Counted from the first letter of the stretch, positions 52,736 through 63,036 are shown. The stretch: DNA of 64,000 bases from Pseudomonadota bacterium (GCA_041178085.1 JBEGVZ010000104.1:1-64000), one strand, 5' to 3'. The notes: generated by a model from the letters alone, not told the origin. Made by a program: numbers and translations.

Positions 52736-55624
52736 TCAGTCCATCGGGGGCGGCGGCATCGGCTCCACGGGAGGAGGCGGTTCAAAGGTGCCCCCGTCAG
52801 GCATTCCACCGTCGGCACCCATGGGCGGTGGCGGTGGTGGCGGTGGTGGCGGCAACGGTGACGCTCCGCCGGCATCCGATCCTCCGCCCCCATCACTACT
52901 TCCACCCCCGACAAACGGGACAGGGATTGAGTTTGCTTGCTGAGCATCATTGCCTTCCGCCGCGTTGCCCTCTGCTGCATCCTCGTCGGTCTTGTTTTCC
53001 TCACCGTCGCCTTCTTTCTTCGCTTCTTCTGCACCTGCATCCGCGGGTGAAGAAGCTCCTGCGCTGCTGCTTCCTGGGGCCTCCGCCTTCAGCTCTCCAT
53101 CAGCAGGCTTGGGCAACAGAGCGTAGAAATCATCCTTCTTGAAGCGCGAGCCATAAAGTTGCTCCATGAACTCATCGCGCTCCCGCACTTTCTTCGAGTA
53201 AACAGCCGCCAGATCATCCGGGCCGTGGATGATATGCGGGGTCAAGAAGATCATCAGGTTGTTGCGTACGCTGCCAACCGAGGAATTCCTGAACAACCAG
53301 CCAATGATCGGGATATCACCGAGCAAAGGGATTTTTTGATAAGTCTCCAACTCGGTTGACTGGACCAGCCCGGATACCACAACAGTCTGAGAGTTCTTGA
53401 CGGTCAAAACCTGCGAAGTCTTGCGCTTGTTGATTTTCGGTAGCCCGGTCTGCGAATCAATCTGCGGCGTGCTGGACTCAAGGTCGATCTTCATGGTGAC
53501 AAAGTTGGCATTGCTGATGTTGGGCTTGAGGCTCAACGTCAGGTCAACGTCCTCTTTCTCGACCTTGGGCACCGCGACGCCCGTCTGGGCATTGAATTCC
53601 GCCGACTTGAAAAAGATTTTCTCCCCTACCGTGATCTTCGCCTCTTCATTATTTGCCGTCAGGATGTGAGGCGAAGATAAGACGCGCGTATTGGAGTCAG
53701 TCTTGATCAGTTTGATCAAGGCGCCGGGAGTGAAGTCCCCAAGGCCAGGCACGTTAACGGATGAGCCTGCCAGCACACCGATGGTCATGTCCTCGGCGAA
53801 GGCCCCCGCCACCTTTTCAACAGCTGCTGCTGAACTGCCTGTAGAGCCCGCTGCCTGCGCCGCCACCAGCGGAGCCATCGACTTGGCTTCCCAGGTGGTA
53901 ATGATGCTGGAACCACCCTGGCCACCACGTCCGCCGAAGATGCTGGTTCCGAACTTGAAACGATTGTCCACATTGATGTCCAGGATGTCGGCCTCGACAA
54001 AAACCTGACTGCGCCGCACATCAAGCTTGCGAACAATCGAGTTGATCGCGTTGTATGCGGCGCGGCTGCCGGTGATCAGCAGGGAATTGCTCTGCTCGTC
54101 AGCAGTGATCTTGGTGCCCTCGTCCAGCTCGGCAACGGAAGCAATATCCCCCGCCGGCGCCATCCCCGGCGCACCGGGCGTATTGCTCTGCGGCCTCAGT
54201 GGAGTCACCCTGCGGGTACCACCGCGATTGCCCTGGGCAAGGTTGGATAAAGTCGCAGACAGCTTTTTCGCATCAGCGTAGTCCAGCGGCCTCACGTGAA
54301 TGGTTGATTGCTTGGTCGGGTCATCGATGGGGGAGTCGAATTTCTTGACCAGAGCCTTGACGTCGGAAATCGTCCGCGGCGGGCCGAAAATGATGACAGA
54401 ATTGGCACGTTCATCCGTAAGCAACTTGTAGGCTGGTTGCCCCCTGCCCGCGCCTGCCTTCATCAATTCATTCACCTTGTCGACAATCGACTTGGCGTCG
54501 GCATATCGGATAGGAACGATCGAAACCTGGGGCTGCTGCCCCTGCACGTCCAGAAGTTCGAGGATGTCCAGGATCCGGCGAACCTTATACCCGGTGTCGC
54601 TGATGATCAGAGTGTTGGTCTTCTCGTAAGCGATCATCGAATTTGAGTTCACGATCCGCGACAGCGTATTCTGGATTTCTTTTGCGTCAATGTACTTCAG
54701 CGGAACGATCTGCGTAATGATCTCGTCTGTGAGCAGAGTCCACTTTGATCCCAGAAACGTTTTCAGGTTGTCCTTCACTGCGTTCCGTACCTGCATGATC
54801 TTGATGACCTTGCCGGTCTCCACGGTCGTCAGCTGGAGCAAGTTCAACGCAGACAGGAATGCCTGGTAAGCCTCTTCCTTGGTCACCTTGCGCGGCGAGA
54901 TGATTTGCACCTTGCCGCTGACGTTGCGGTCCAGGATTACGTTCTTGTTGGTCCAGAGTGCTACGGCCTTGATGATGTCCTTGATCTCAGTCGGCTCGGG
55001 GAAATCGATATTGATCAGCTCCTGCCCCGCAGGAATGGTGGAAGATCCGCGCTTGCCCTTGCCGTCAGCAGGAATCTCGACTTTGCCGACGGAATCACCG
55101 CTGGAAGATTCAACGGAGCTTGCCTTGGACGCCTCCGGAGATGGCTCTCTAGACGGCTCTTTGGCCTGCACTGGTTCCTGCGGCAACAGAGGTTCCGTCT
55201 TGGCGGTGTCCCGGAAAGTATTGGCCGCTGCCTTCTGCTTTTTGGAACCAGATTTTCCCTTTGCCGGTTTCGCTGCCGGCGCGGGCGTTGCCGCCGGCGG
55301 ATTCTGCGGTGCACTGCCAGCCGGTGGAGCCACTGCCGGTTCAGGCGCTGCAGGGGCGGGCGCCTCCACAGGCGGCGGACCATCGGCAGCTGCAGAAGGC
55401 CCGCCGCCCGGAACGGGAGCCGTAGCAGCAGTTCCGGTAGCGTCAGCCGCTGCTGGCGCGGCCGGATTGGACCCTGCTGCGTCACCCGGCACAGGCGGAG
55501 GCGGAGGTGGCAGCGTGGGAGCGTTTTGCGCGACCAATGGTGTCTCGACCAGCATGCCCAGGAGACAAATTACCAGCAGCCTTGTCGACTGGGTGAACTC
55601 CGGCCTGTTGCTCAAACGCTTCAT
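52736..55624 (-). CDS. gspD: T2SS secretin D
   Basis: Signal peptide; N0-N3 domains; QVFVEA; LSSPHILT; KIPLLGDIPIIGWLF; LMIFLTPHII. Confidence 0.96.
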   Translation of the reverse strand: MKRLSNRPEFTQSTRLLVICLLGMLVETPLVAQNAPTLPPPPPPVPGDAAGSNPAAPAAADATGTAATAPVPGGGPSAAADGPPPVEAPAPAAPEPAVAPPAGSAPQNPPAATPAPAAKPAKGKSGSKKQKAAANTFRDTAKTEPLLPQEPVQAKEPSREPSPEASKASSVESSSGDSVGKVEIPADGKGKRGSSTIPAGQELINIDFPEPTEIKDIIKAVALWTNKNVILDRNVSGKVQIISPRKVTKEEAYQAFLSALNLLQLTTVETGKVIKIMQVRNAVKDNLKTFLGSKWTLLTDEIITQIVPLKYIDAKEIQNTLSRIVNSNSMIAYEKTNTLIISDTGYKVRRILDILELLDVQGQQPQVSIVPIRYADAKSIVDKVNELMKAGAGRGQPAYKLLTDERANSVIIFGPPRTISDVKALVKKFDSPIDDPTKQSTIHVRPLDYADAKKLSATLSNLAQGNRGGTRRVTPLRPQSNTPGAPGMAPAGDIASVAELDEGTKITADEQSNSLLITGSRAAYNAINSIVRKLDVRRSQVFVEADILDINVDNRFKFGTSIFGGRGGQGGSSIITTWEAKSMAPLVAAQAAGSTGSSAAAVEKVAGAFAEDMTIGVLAGSSVNVPGLGDFTPGALIKLIKTDSNTRVLSSPHILTANNEEAKITVGEKIFFKSAEFNAQTGVAVPKVEKEDVDLTLSLKPNISNANFVTMKIDLESSTPQIDSQTGLPKINKRKTSQVLTVKNSQTVVVSGLVQSTELETYQKIPLLGDIPIIGWLFRNSSVGSVRNNLMIFLTPHIIHGPDDLAAVYSKKVRERDEFMEQLYGSRFKKDDFYALLPKPADGELKAEAPGSSSAGASSPADAGAEEAKKEGDGEENKTDEDAAEGNAAEGNDAQQANSIPVPFVGGGSSDGGGGSDAGGASPLPPPPPPPPPPMGADGGMPDGGTFEPPPPVEPMPPPPMD

Positions 55625-55663
55625 GGAATTCTCCGTCCTGTTCGCCTGTGATGGCTTCCTGCG

Positions 55664-56668
55664 TTACTTGATCCGCACCGTAATCATTTGAGGAGTCGTG
55701 CCATTTCGCAACACACTGATCCTGACTTCCCGCTCATTCCGGAACGCCTCATAAAGGGCAAAGCCCTGGTCAGGATTCTTGAGGCTGACATCATTCACCT
55801 GGGTGATGATGTCGCCGTTTTGCAAACCAACTTTCGAAAACAGGCTGCTTGGGTCAATTGCAAAGATCTTGAAACCATTCATCTGGCTGTCGGCAAGGTT
55901 TGGCACCAACCTTGCCGCGTTGATGATTTTACCAAATCCTGCGCCAAGTTCAGACTCGACGTAGGGTCCGTCGACAAGAACCGGGGGTAACTGGTCCCCA
56001 CCCCCACCCGCTCCCGCAGGCATCCCGGAGATTGCCTCCCCCGTCTCGATCTGCTTTTCGAGATCGGACTTAAGGCTCAAGCATTCCTTGATACCCTTGT
56101 TGTTAATGATCAATTCATTACGTTCGACCGCCGCGATAATTGCGTCATCTGAGCCGATGATGACATCACCGACCCGGTAAACATCCGCGTCGGAAAGCCC
56201 TTTTTCCTTTACGGTTGCCAGGGATTTTTCGCGACTTCCCAAATAGATGGTCCCCACCAATTCAATATTGAGGGTGCAGGCCTGGCACGGCGCATTGATG
56301 TCAAAAACAGGCCTGCCGTCTGCCGACCCTGCGGCGCGCTCCAGCTCTTCCTTCGGATACTGACCTTCCGAATTGAAAAGATTGCGTTCAATGATCCCCT
56401 TTTTGACTTCCCGGTAATTGATCGAGGATATCCCAAGCGACGGAGCCGAACCCGCGGCCTTGGGCCGGGCAACCATTCCCGTTGCCATGGAAACAAGCGG
56501 ACCAAGAGCAAAAATGGTCATGATCGAAGATGCCGCAACATAAGCCACGAAAATAGCCAAGGCGCCGCGCAGCGCTAGCTGTACGGCATCAGGCCACCAC
56601 TTCTGCTGTGGCAGCTGCTGGATCCGCTCCAGCATGACTTCACGACTTGGAATCAAGGCACCCGCCAA
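55664..56668 (-). CDS. gspC: T2SS protein C (HR + PDZ), copy 2
   Basis: TM, ERNLFNS, LVGT, ARLVP, GFKIF, GLQNGDIITQVN. Confidence 0.85.
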   Translation of the reverse strand: MAGALIPSREVMLERIQQLPQQKWWPDAVQLALRGALAIFVAYVAASSIMTIFALGPLVSMATGMVARPKAAGSAPSLGISSINYREVKKGIIERNLFNSEGQYPKEELERAAGSADGRPVFDINAPCQACTLNIELVGTIYLGSREKSLATVKEKGLSDADVYRVGDVIIGSDDAIIAAVERNELIINNKGIKECLSLKSDLEKQIETGEAISGMPAGAGGGGDQLPPVLVDGPYVESELGAGFGKIINAARLVPNLADSQMNGFKIFAIDPSSLFSKVGLQNGDIITQVNDVSLKNPDQGFALYEAFRNEREVRISVLRNGTTPQMITVRIK

Positions 56669-56692
56669 TTCACGCCGTCCTTCTTCGTTGTC

Positions 56693-57664
56693 CTACTTGA
56701 CCTTCATGTTCAGGTTCTGCTTCGCTCCACTGCGCGAGAATCGCACCTCGATCTCGTTCTCGTTACGCAGCGACTGCAACAATTTGATCGCCTGAGCAGT
56801 GTCCGACAGAGGGATCCCGTTGATCTCCTCGATCACATCACCGTTTTGCAAACCTGCCTTCTGGTAGATTGAGTCATTCCGGATTCGATCCAGACGGAAT
56901 CCGCGCAATTCGCCGTCCACCATGTTGGGCGAGGCTTTGGCATCCTGCAGCACCTGGGTGAAATCGCTCGTCAGCAGCTTGTTCTTGTAGTCGAGTGACA
57001 TTTCGATGTTGCCGCCTTTACGATCGAACCCTGGTTCCTGGAACGACTCAGGAGGTGCATCGGTGGCATAACCACGGTCCCCCTCGCCGGCCTTGGACTT
57101 CCCGGCCTTTCCCCGCTTGCGCGTAGACCGGACAATATCCTCACGCTCAAGCACTGCAATTTCCCGCCGTCCGTTGGCGCGCAAGATGACCAGCCGGTCG
57201 ATCTCGATCTTTTCCAGGGTCGCATCGGTGTCAATCTGGTCGTTGACCAGAAAGCTGTTGGTCACCTTCTTTGAAGTGTTTTCCACCAGCGCAATGCCGG
57301 TATAGGGATCGCCCCCGTAAATGATTCCCAGCACGCGTATCGGCAAATCCGTGATCGAGAGGTCATCGCCTTCCGCTTTCTGCTTGCCTTTCTCATCCCC
57401 AACCTTGCCTTCAGAGTTAAAAATGTTGCGCTTGAGAATCTCTTCGATCGCGGCGGCATCAAGGGTCAATCCTGCCTGGGGAATCGCTGGGGCCTGCACC
57501 ACCTTCGTCCCGCGTATCATTTCTGCAGGGTCACGCGGCATCAGGAGAAACGCAATCACCGTCGCGGAAACAGTCGCCAGCAGGAACGCACCACCGACCG
57601 AAAGGGCGATCATGCGCCACGGCAGTGGCTTGAGCAGCCTGGCAATGCGCTCGACGTCGATCAT
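56693..57664 (-). CDS. gspC: T2SS protein C (HR + PDZ), copy 1
   Basis: TM, KRNIFNS, VLGI, AKASP, GFRL, GLQNGDVIEEING. Confidence 0.85.
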   Translation of the reverse strand: MIDVERIARLLKPLPWRMIALSVGGAFLLATVSATVIAFLLMPRDPAEMIRGTKVVQAPAIPQAGLTLDAAAIEEILKRNIFNSEGKVGDEKGKQKAEGDDLSITDLPIRVLGIIYGGDPYTGIALVENTSKKVTNSFLVNDQIDTDATLEKIEIDRLVILRANGRREIAVLEREDIVRSTRKRGKAGKSKAGEGDRGYATDAPPESFQEPGFDRKGGNIEMSLDYKNKLLTSDFTQVLQDAKASPNMVDGELRGFRLDRIRNDSIYQKAGLQNGDVIEEINGIPLSDTAQAIKLLQSLRNENEIEVRFSRSGAKQNLNMKVK

Positions 57665-58329
57665 TGCCCAGCTGGCTCCTTGCTGGCTGCGCCCCCGGAC
57701 TCACGTTTTTTTTCCAGCAGCAACTTCACAATCGTCTTCACTGTGGCTTCCGGTGTTTCGAAGGCAGGCTCAACGACAATGTCAGCTTCGCGGTAGCGGA
57801 AGGCGCGTGCCCCGTGTAACGCACGCAGGCGTTCCGCCAGCTTTTTCCATCGTTCGCTCATGAATTCCTGGATTGCGGGACCTGACATGCCCTGGCGCAA
57901 TGCAGAAACATCAGCAAGGTCATCCAGCAAAGGACGTTGTGCAAGACGCTCAAGCTGCGCAGGGTTTGGCGCAAGCCGGCGCACGAGTTCCTCAACCGGC
58001 GGATTCAACCAGACCACTATTGCGCCCTTGCGCATCGCTTCCCATGACTGGTTGTCCTCAACGGACCCACCACCGACGGCAAGAACCTGTCCCGCGGCAG
58101 CTGCCACTCGCTCAACAACTTGTCGCTCGATCTCCCGAAACCGGGATTCACCTTCTGCCTTGAATATTGCGGCGATGCTTTTCCGCGCCTTCGCCTCGAC
58201 TTCAGCATCTGTGTCGATGAATCCAAGGCCGAGCGCGTGCGCCAGCAGACGTCCAACGGTCGATTTACCGCTGCCCATGACGCCTACGAGAACGATCTTT
58301 CCGAACCCATCTGGAGCGCTCGTGTTCAC
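57661..58329 (-). CDS. aroK: Shikimate kinase
   Basis: GVMGSGKSTVG, DTD, GESRFREIE, GGG, RPLL, YREAD. Confidence 0.92.
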   Translation of the reverse strand: MNTSAPDGFGKIVLVGVMGSGKSTVGRLLAHALGLGFIDTDAEVEAKARKSIAAIFKAEGESRFREIERQVVERVAAAAGQVLAVGGGSVEDNQSWEAMRKGAIVVWLNPPVEELVRRLAPNPAQLERLAQRPLLDDLADVSALRQGMSGPAIQEFMSERWKKLAERLRALHGARAFRYREADIVVEPAFETPEATVKTIVKLLLEKKRESGGAASKEPAGQ

Positions 58330-58462
58330 GAGCTAACCTCTCGATTAACTTGATTAATTCATTCTAGCCCAGATCGCAAAAAAAGAGCAGGATTGCGGAC
58401 AGGGAAATGCAAACCGGGGTTCAGGCAGGCTTTTGGGAATTGCCCAAAATCGGAGGTAACCT

Positions 58463-59263
58463 GTGTCTTTCGTGCACGTTAAGGAAGAAGGGAACGTTGA
58501 AACCTGGACCATCAGCAGACCTGAACGCTTCAATGCGCTGGGTACCACACTGGCGCGCGAGCTGAATGCGCGCGTCGATGACCTTCACCGCCGGATCGTC
58601 AACTGGCAGGCAGACCCGGACAACAACCCACTCCCGATCCGCGCCCTCGTGATCAAGGCAACTCCCTCACGCCGTGGCCGTTCGCCCGTCTGGATCGCCG
58701 GCGGTGATCTCAAGGAGCTCGCGGCGCTGACCGCGCGGGAGGAAGGCCGCAATTATGCCGCAATGCTGAGCCGCTTTTGTCGCTGCATGGAGGAACTACC
58801 CATTCCCGTAATTGCGCAGATACACGGCGCTGCAATCGGTGGCGGTGCGGAACTCGCACTCGCCGCCGACCTGCGTTTTGGCAGCAAGATGACCCGTCTT
58901 GAGTTCCGCCAGTTAAGGGTTGGACTTGCCACCGGCTATGGCGGCACCAAACGCCTGGTCAACCTGGTTGGAAAAGCCCAGGCTCAGAGGTTGATTTTCC
59001 TTGGTGGAGATATCCTCGCCGATGAGTGTCTGCGCCTTGGACTCCTGCACCATGTCGCCACTGATGAGATCCAGCTCGACGAAATTGTCAGCCAGACCCT
59101 GCGCGAACTGACCAACCTGGAGCCGCGTGCCCTGGCCGCGCAGAAGGAAATGTTCCGGATCGCATCCGACGCCCATCCGGGCGCTGCCTACGCGGCTGAA
59201 CTCGAGCTGTTCGGCAAGATCTGGATGAACCCGTCACACAAGAGTTATTTATCTGCTTTCTGA
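58463..59263 (+). CDS. Enoyl-CoA hydratase/isomerase family protein
   Basis: RPERFNAL, AGGDL, HGAAIGGGAELALAADLR, GGTKRL; GGAGG RBS. Confidence 0.9.
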   Translation: MSFVHVKEEGNVETWTISRPERFNALGTTLARELNARVDDLHRRIVNWQADPDNNPLPIRALVIKATPSRRGRSPVWIAGGDLKELAALTAREEGRNYAAMLSRFCRCMEELPIPVIAQIHGAAIGGGAELALAADLRFGSKMTRLEFRQLRVGLATGYGGTKRLVNLVGKAQAQRLIFLGGDILADECLRLGLLHHVATDEIQLDEIVSQTLRELTNLEPRALAAQKEMFRIASDAHPGAAYAAELELFGKIWMNPSHKSYLSAF

Positions 59264-59299
59264 GCGTCTGCCCCAATAAGTGCGCCCCTAAAAAACGGC

Positions 59300-59327
59300 A
59301 GATTGCGGGTTTAATCACCCGCGATCT
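59300..59327 (+). terminator. Possible terminator hairpin after the ech gene
   Basis: AGATTGCGGGT-TTAATC-ACCCGCGATCT with T-rich sequence further downstream. Confidence 0.4.
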
Positions 59328-59357
59328 CGTGGTCTTTCATTATTTTTTTCAAAAACC

Positions 59358-59385
59358 TAAAGTTTTGGCCCGCATTTGCCGATGG
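59358..59385 (+). promoter_or_regulatory. Sigma28 (FliA)-type promoter
   Basis: TAAAGTTT...GCCGATGG (TAAA-N16-GCCGAT), same spacing as the site at 2485. Confidence 0.55.
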
Positions 59386-59438
59386 ATTCATGACTTTTTC
59401 AAACCTCGCAATTAGCGGAACACCCTGGGGAGCCTTGC

Positions 59439-60119
59439 ATGGCGCGCTTCTTCGCTTGCATTCTGCTTTGGGGCACGGCCTCCATAGGAGGCGGCTGCTC
59501 GAAGTCGTCATTTTCCTCGACCGCACCAGTGCGTGCACCTGCCGAGCCAAATCCGGGAACACTGTCCGGGACTCAACCCACGCCGATACCAACTCCGTCG
59601 CAACCCGTGCCCCCGTCGTGCAAACCAGGCACAACGATCACTGAAGTGAAGGCGCTGACCAGGTTGGTCGACCAGTCGCAAAGCAGACGCACCATATCTT
59701 ACGAGATCACTTTGGTTGACTGCCCGGGAACGACGCCATCAACGGTGGCTGACGTCATTTTGTTCGACGTGGACGCTTACACGTCTGACACGCTCAGCGC
59801 GGGAGCGCCACTGCCCCACACGTTCGCCGCCATTTCCGACGGTCAAAGACAAAGCGGCACATTGAGGCCCATTTCAGGTTCCGATTTATTTGGTAACCAG
59901 GGAAACTTTTTCCACCACCGATCTGACACGCCCATCACCGTCACGGCGAAAACACGCAAGGCACAGGTGGACATCGATTTTTCCAACGCTTACGTGGAGT
60001 ATCCGCGGGAAGGACGACTGGCCCCGGTGATGAAAGTGAAAACTTACTTCAAGTTCGGGAAGGCACCGCCGGTCCAGATTGACATCGACTTCACCGCACA
60101 ACCCGGCCTGATTTTTTGA
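59439..60119 (+). CDS. Hypothetical lipoprotein
   Basis: Signal peptide ending GGGC, Pro/Thr tether, beta-rich domain; GGGGAG RBS. Confidence 0.7.
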   Translation: MARFFACILLWGTASIGGGCSKSSFSSTAPVRAPAEPNPGTLSGTQPTPIPTPSQPVPPSCKPGTTITEVKALTRLVDQSQSRRTISYEITLVDCPGTTPSTVADVILFDVDAYTSDTLSAGAPLPHTFAAISDGQRQSGTLRPISGSDLFGNQGNFFHHRSDTPITVTAKTRKAQVDIDFSNAYVEYPREGRLAPVMKVKTYFKFGKAPPVQIDIDFTAQPGLIF

Positions 60120-60132
60120 ATCAGGCCTTGCC

Positions 60133-61251
60133 TCAGACGTTGAACCGGAACTCCATGACGTCACCATCCTTGACCACATAGTCCTTGCCTTCGATGCGCA
60201 TCAGGCCCATTTCCTTGAGCTTGACGCGCGAACCGGCCTTGACCAGGTCGTCACAGGAATAAACTTCAGCACAAATAAATCCGCGTTCGAAATCTGAATG
60301 GATCTTGCCAGCAGCACGTGGGGCCTTGTCGCCCTTGTTAAAGGTCCATGCATGGACTTCTTTCTCGCCAGCCGTGAAGTAGGTTTGAAGATTGAGCGTG
60401 GTATAGCCCGCACGGATCATGCGGTTAAGGCCGGGCTCCGTCATGCCAAGGGAAGCGATCAGTTCCTTGCGCGACTCCTCATCGAGCTGGCCCAGTTCTT
60501 CCTCGAGCTTGCCGCAGATGATAACCACCTGCGCACCTTCTTGCTTTGCGTATTCCTTCACTTCAAGGGTCAGCGCATTGTCCTTGTCCCCTGCCGCCAT
60601 GTCCTCATCGACATTGCACACATACAGGACAGGCTTGCCGGTAAGCAGGTGCAGGTCGCGGTATGCGTCCCGAACTTCGAGAACATCACCAACGAACGGC
60701 TCAACGTCGAAAGTACGGGCTGGCACAAGTTTCTGCAGGTGGTTATTGAGTGCCTCCAGCATCGACAGGATTGCCGTGATTTTTTTCTGTCCGCTCTTGG
60801 CCAGGCGGCGGTAACGCTCGAGAGCCGCGTCCACCGTGCCGACGTCTGCATAGACCAGCTCGGCCTGGATTGTTTCGATATCGCGTTTCGGCCCGACCGA
60901 ACCTTCGACGTGCACGATGTCGTCGGACTCAAAGCACCGGACAACGTGGGCGATCGCATCGGTGGCCCGGATGTTACCAAGGAACTGGTTGCCAAGCCCT
61001 TCACCCTTGGATGCGCCGCGCACCAGGCCGGCAATGTCGACAAATTCCATGCTGGTGGGGATGATGACCTTCGTCTTTACAAGGTTGGCGATCACTTGCA
61101 GACGGGGATCCGGAACATCGACACGGCCGATGTTGGGATCGATGGTGCAGAACGGAAAGTTGGCCGAAGCAGCGCCAGCAGCCGTCAAGGCGTTGAAGAT
61201 GGTTGATTTGCCGACGTTAGGGAGGCCGACGATCCCGCAATTGAAACCCAT
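60133..61251 (-). CDS. ychF: Redox-regulated ATPase YchF
   Basis: GLPNVGKST, NFPFCTIDPN, DIAGLV, GEGLGNQFL, IHSDFERGFI, TGS domain. Confidence 0.98.
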   Translation of the reverse strand: MGFNCGIVGLPNVGKSTIFNALTAAGAASANFPFCTIDPNIGRVDVPDPRLQVIANLVKTKVIIPTSMEFVDIAGLVRGASKGEGLGNQFLGNIRATDAIAHVVRCFESDDIVHVEGSVGPKRDIETIQAELVYADVGTVDAALERYRRLAKSGQKKITAILSMLEALNNHLQKLVPARTFDVEPFVGDVLEVRDAYRDLHLLTGKPVLYVCNVDEDMAAGDKDNALTLEVKEYAKQEGAQVVIICGKLEEELGQLDEESRKELIASLGMTEPGLNRMIRAGYTTLNLQTYFTAGEKEVHAWTFNKGDKAPRAAGKIHSDFERGFICAEVYSCDDLVKAGSRVKLKEMGLMRIEGKDYVVKDGDVMEFRFNV

Positions 61252-61289
61252 TTTTATGACAACCCGATAAAAGAGAAAACGTTGCTTGA

Positions 61290-61781
61290 TCAGCTGCGCA
61301 TGTTGATGAACTGCAGGGGGAACTTTAGTTCCTTCGCCTTCAGCATTGCCATGGTTGCCTGAAGTTCATCGATGCTCTTGGAACTGACCCGGACCTGTTC
61401 GCCCTGGATCTCTGCCTGCACCTTCAGCTTCGAGTCCTTGATGGCCTTGGTGACTTCCTTGGCCTCTTCCTTTTCCATCGCCGCCTTGATCTCGATGACT
61501 TGGCGAATGGTGTTGCCGGTCGCAGCCTCTTCCTTGCCATACTTGAGCGCGCGCAAGTCAAGGTTGCGTTTGGCCATCTTGGTGGCGAGCACTTGATGGA
61601 TCGAGCGGAGCTTCATGTCGTCATCGGCCAGGATCTTGATCTTCTTGGCCGTCTTGTCGAGCTCGATCGAGCTCTTGCCACCCCGGAAGTCGAACCGTTG
61701 CCCGATTTCCTTTTGGGTCTGGTTAACGGCGTTTTCGACCTCCATCATGTCGATTTCGCTGACGATGTCAAAAGATGGCAT
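61290..61781 (-). CDS. yajQ: YajQ family nucleotide/c-di-GMP-binding protein
   Basis: MPSFDIVSE, RFDFRG, KVQAEIQGEQVRV, PLQFINMR. Confidence 0.96.
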   Translation of the reverse strand: MPSFDIVSEIDMMEVENAVNQTQKEIGQRFDFRGGKSSIELDKTAKKIKILADDDMKLRSIHQVLATKMAKRNLDLRALKYGKEEAATGNTIRQVIEIKAAMEKEEAKEVTKAIKDSKLKVQAEIQGEQVRVSSKSIDELQATMAMLKAKELKFPLQFINMRS

Positions 61782-61854
61782 GGATGCCCCTCCCCGATGC
61801 GTTACACTCGATTCGAAACTTTGAAATTACGAACAGTTACCTTAGATTAGATAC

Positions 61855-63036
61855 ATGAACAATTCGTCCGGGAACACCATTCCAGTCGTCCAGCACCGGA
61901 TCGCCTTGCCCGCACTGGCAGCGATTACCACCACTGCGTTGGCCCTTGCCTTATCGACCGCCGCGCCGGCCGCCAAGCTGGAGGGCCTGAGCCCCGCCGT
62001 CGTGAAACGGATCCAGACGGCCAACACCAATTACAAGGAATGTCAGCAGGCGGCAATCACTGCCTTCAACTCGAAGCTAATCAATAAGGTCAAGTTTGAC
62101 TCTGCGCTAGATGCCTGTCGGGAACGCTTCCCCGCCATAAGCCTTTACGGACAGTGCAAACGGGAAGCCCTGTCCGCAGCTGCTGCTACGAAAAAAGATC
62201 CAGCCACGGCACTTGCCGAATGCAAAAAACTGCTGATCGCGGCGTCTTTTGACCGGGACCAGGACATTCCTTTTTTCACCAGCCGGGGCCAGTTGTTCTT
62301 TAGCGGCATCGGGATGAACCGCCCACAGTCGATTGCGACGCTTGACCCACCCAACTTCGACTGTGACCGTTTGAACAAGGCGGTTGCCAACCCGCTGGAA
62401 GCGCAACACATCCTGTTCGGCAACCACCCTAAGGTATTTGCTGGCCTGGGCCGTCTGGCCGCCAAGGAAATTGCCACATTGGCGCGCCTGGAAGCTCCGT
62501 CCGGGGGCGACCGCAAAAGAGGCGCGGGGACAAAGGGGTTTGGGCGCGTGTTTGGGAATCTGGATTCGCCCAACGCGACGGTCTTTTTTCCCAGCGCTCC
62601 GTGTGATTTTGACGGTCAATTAGGCAAATCATTTTCGGGCCTTAGCGCTTTTTACCTGATCGACAAGGAAGGCGCCGAAGCGACCCCTTATTTCGGCATC
62701 GCCTACTACCGTCCCGGGGTGAAGGAACTGACCACGAAAGGGCTGGTGACCAAGCTGATCGAACTGCTCAATTCCCGGGACAAGGCGGGCGGAGGCTACT
62801 CGGCGATCATCAAAAACGACACGACCGCGTTTGTCGCGAAAGCGGAATTCCAGGATTTCGACGAGGAAAAGGACCCGCGCAATGTTTGCAGGGATCCTCG
62901 AAAACATGAATTCATCGGGATCGTCCAGGCGACCAAAGATAATCCCGCCAAGCCCCGCTATTTAGTAGTGGCCAACGTCAAGAATTTGTGCGAATACGGA
63001 GATCGCCTTGCCGCCCGGCTGACCGCCGAAAAATGA
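61855..63036 (+). CDS. Exported Cys-containing hypothetical protein
   Basis: Signal peptide; eight Cys; internal repeat near the N-terminus. Confidence 0.7.
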   Translation: MNNSSGNTIPVVQHRIALPALAAITTTALALALSTAAPAAKLEGLSPAVVKRIQTANTNYKECQQAAITAFNSKLINKVKFDSALDACRERFPAISLYGQCKREALSAAAATKKDPATALAECKKLLIAASFDRDQDIPFFTSRGQLFFSGIGMNRPQSIATLDPPNFDCDRLNKAVANPLEAQHILFGNHPKVFAGLGRLAAKEIATLARLEAPSGGDRKRGAGTKGFGRVFGNLDSPNATVFFPSAPCDFDGQLGKSFSGLSAFYLIDKEGAEATPYFGIAYYRPGVKELTTKGLVTKLIELLNSRDKAGGGYSAIIKNDTTAFVAKAEFQDFDEEKDPRNVCRDPRKHEFIGIVQATKDNPAKPRYLVVANVKNLCEYGDRLAARLTAEK

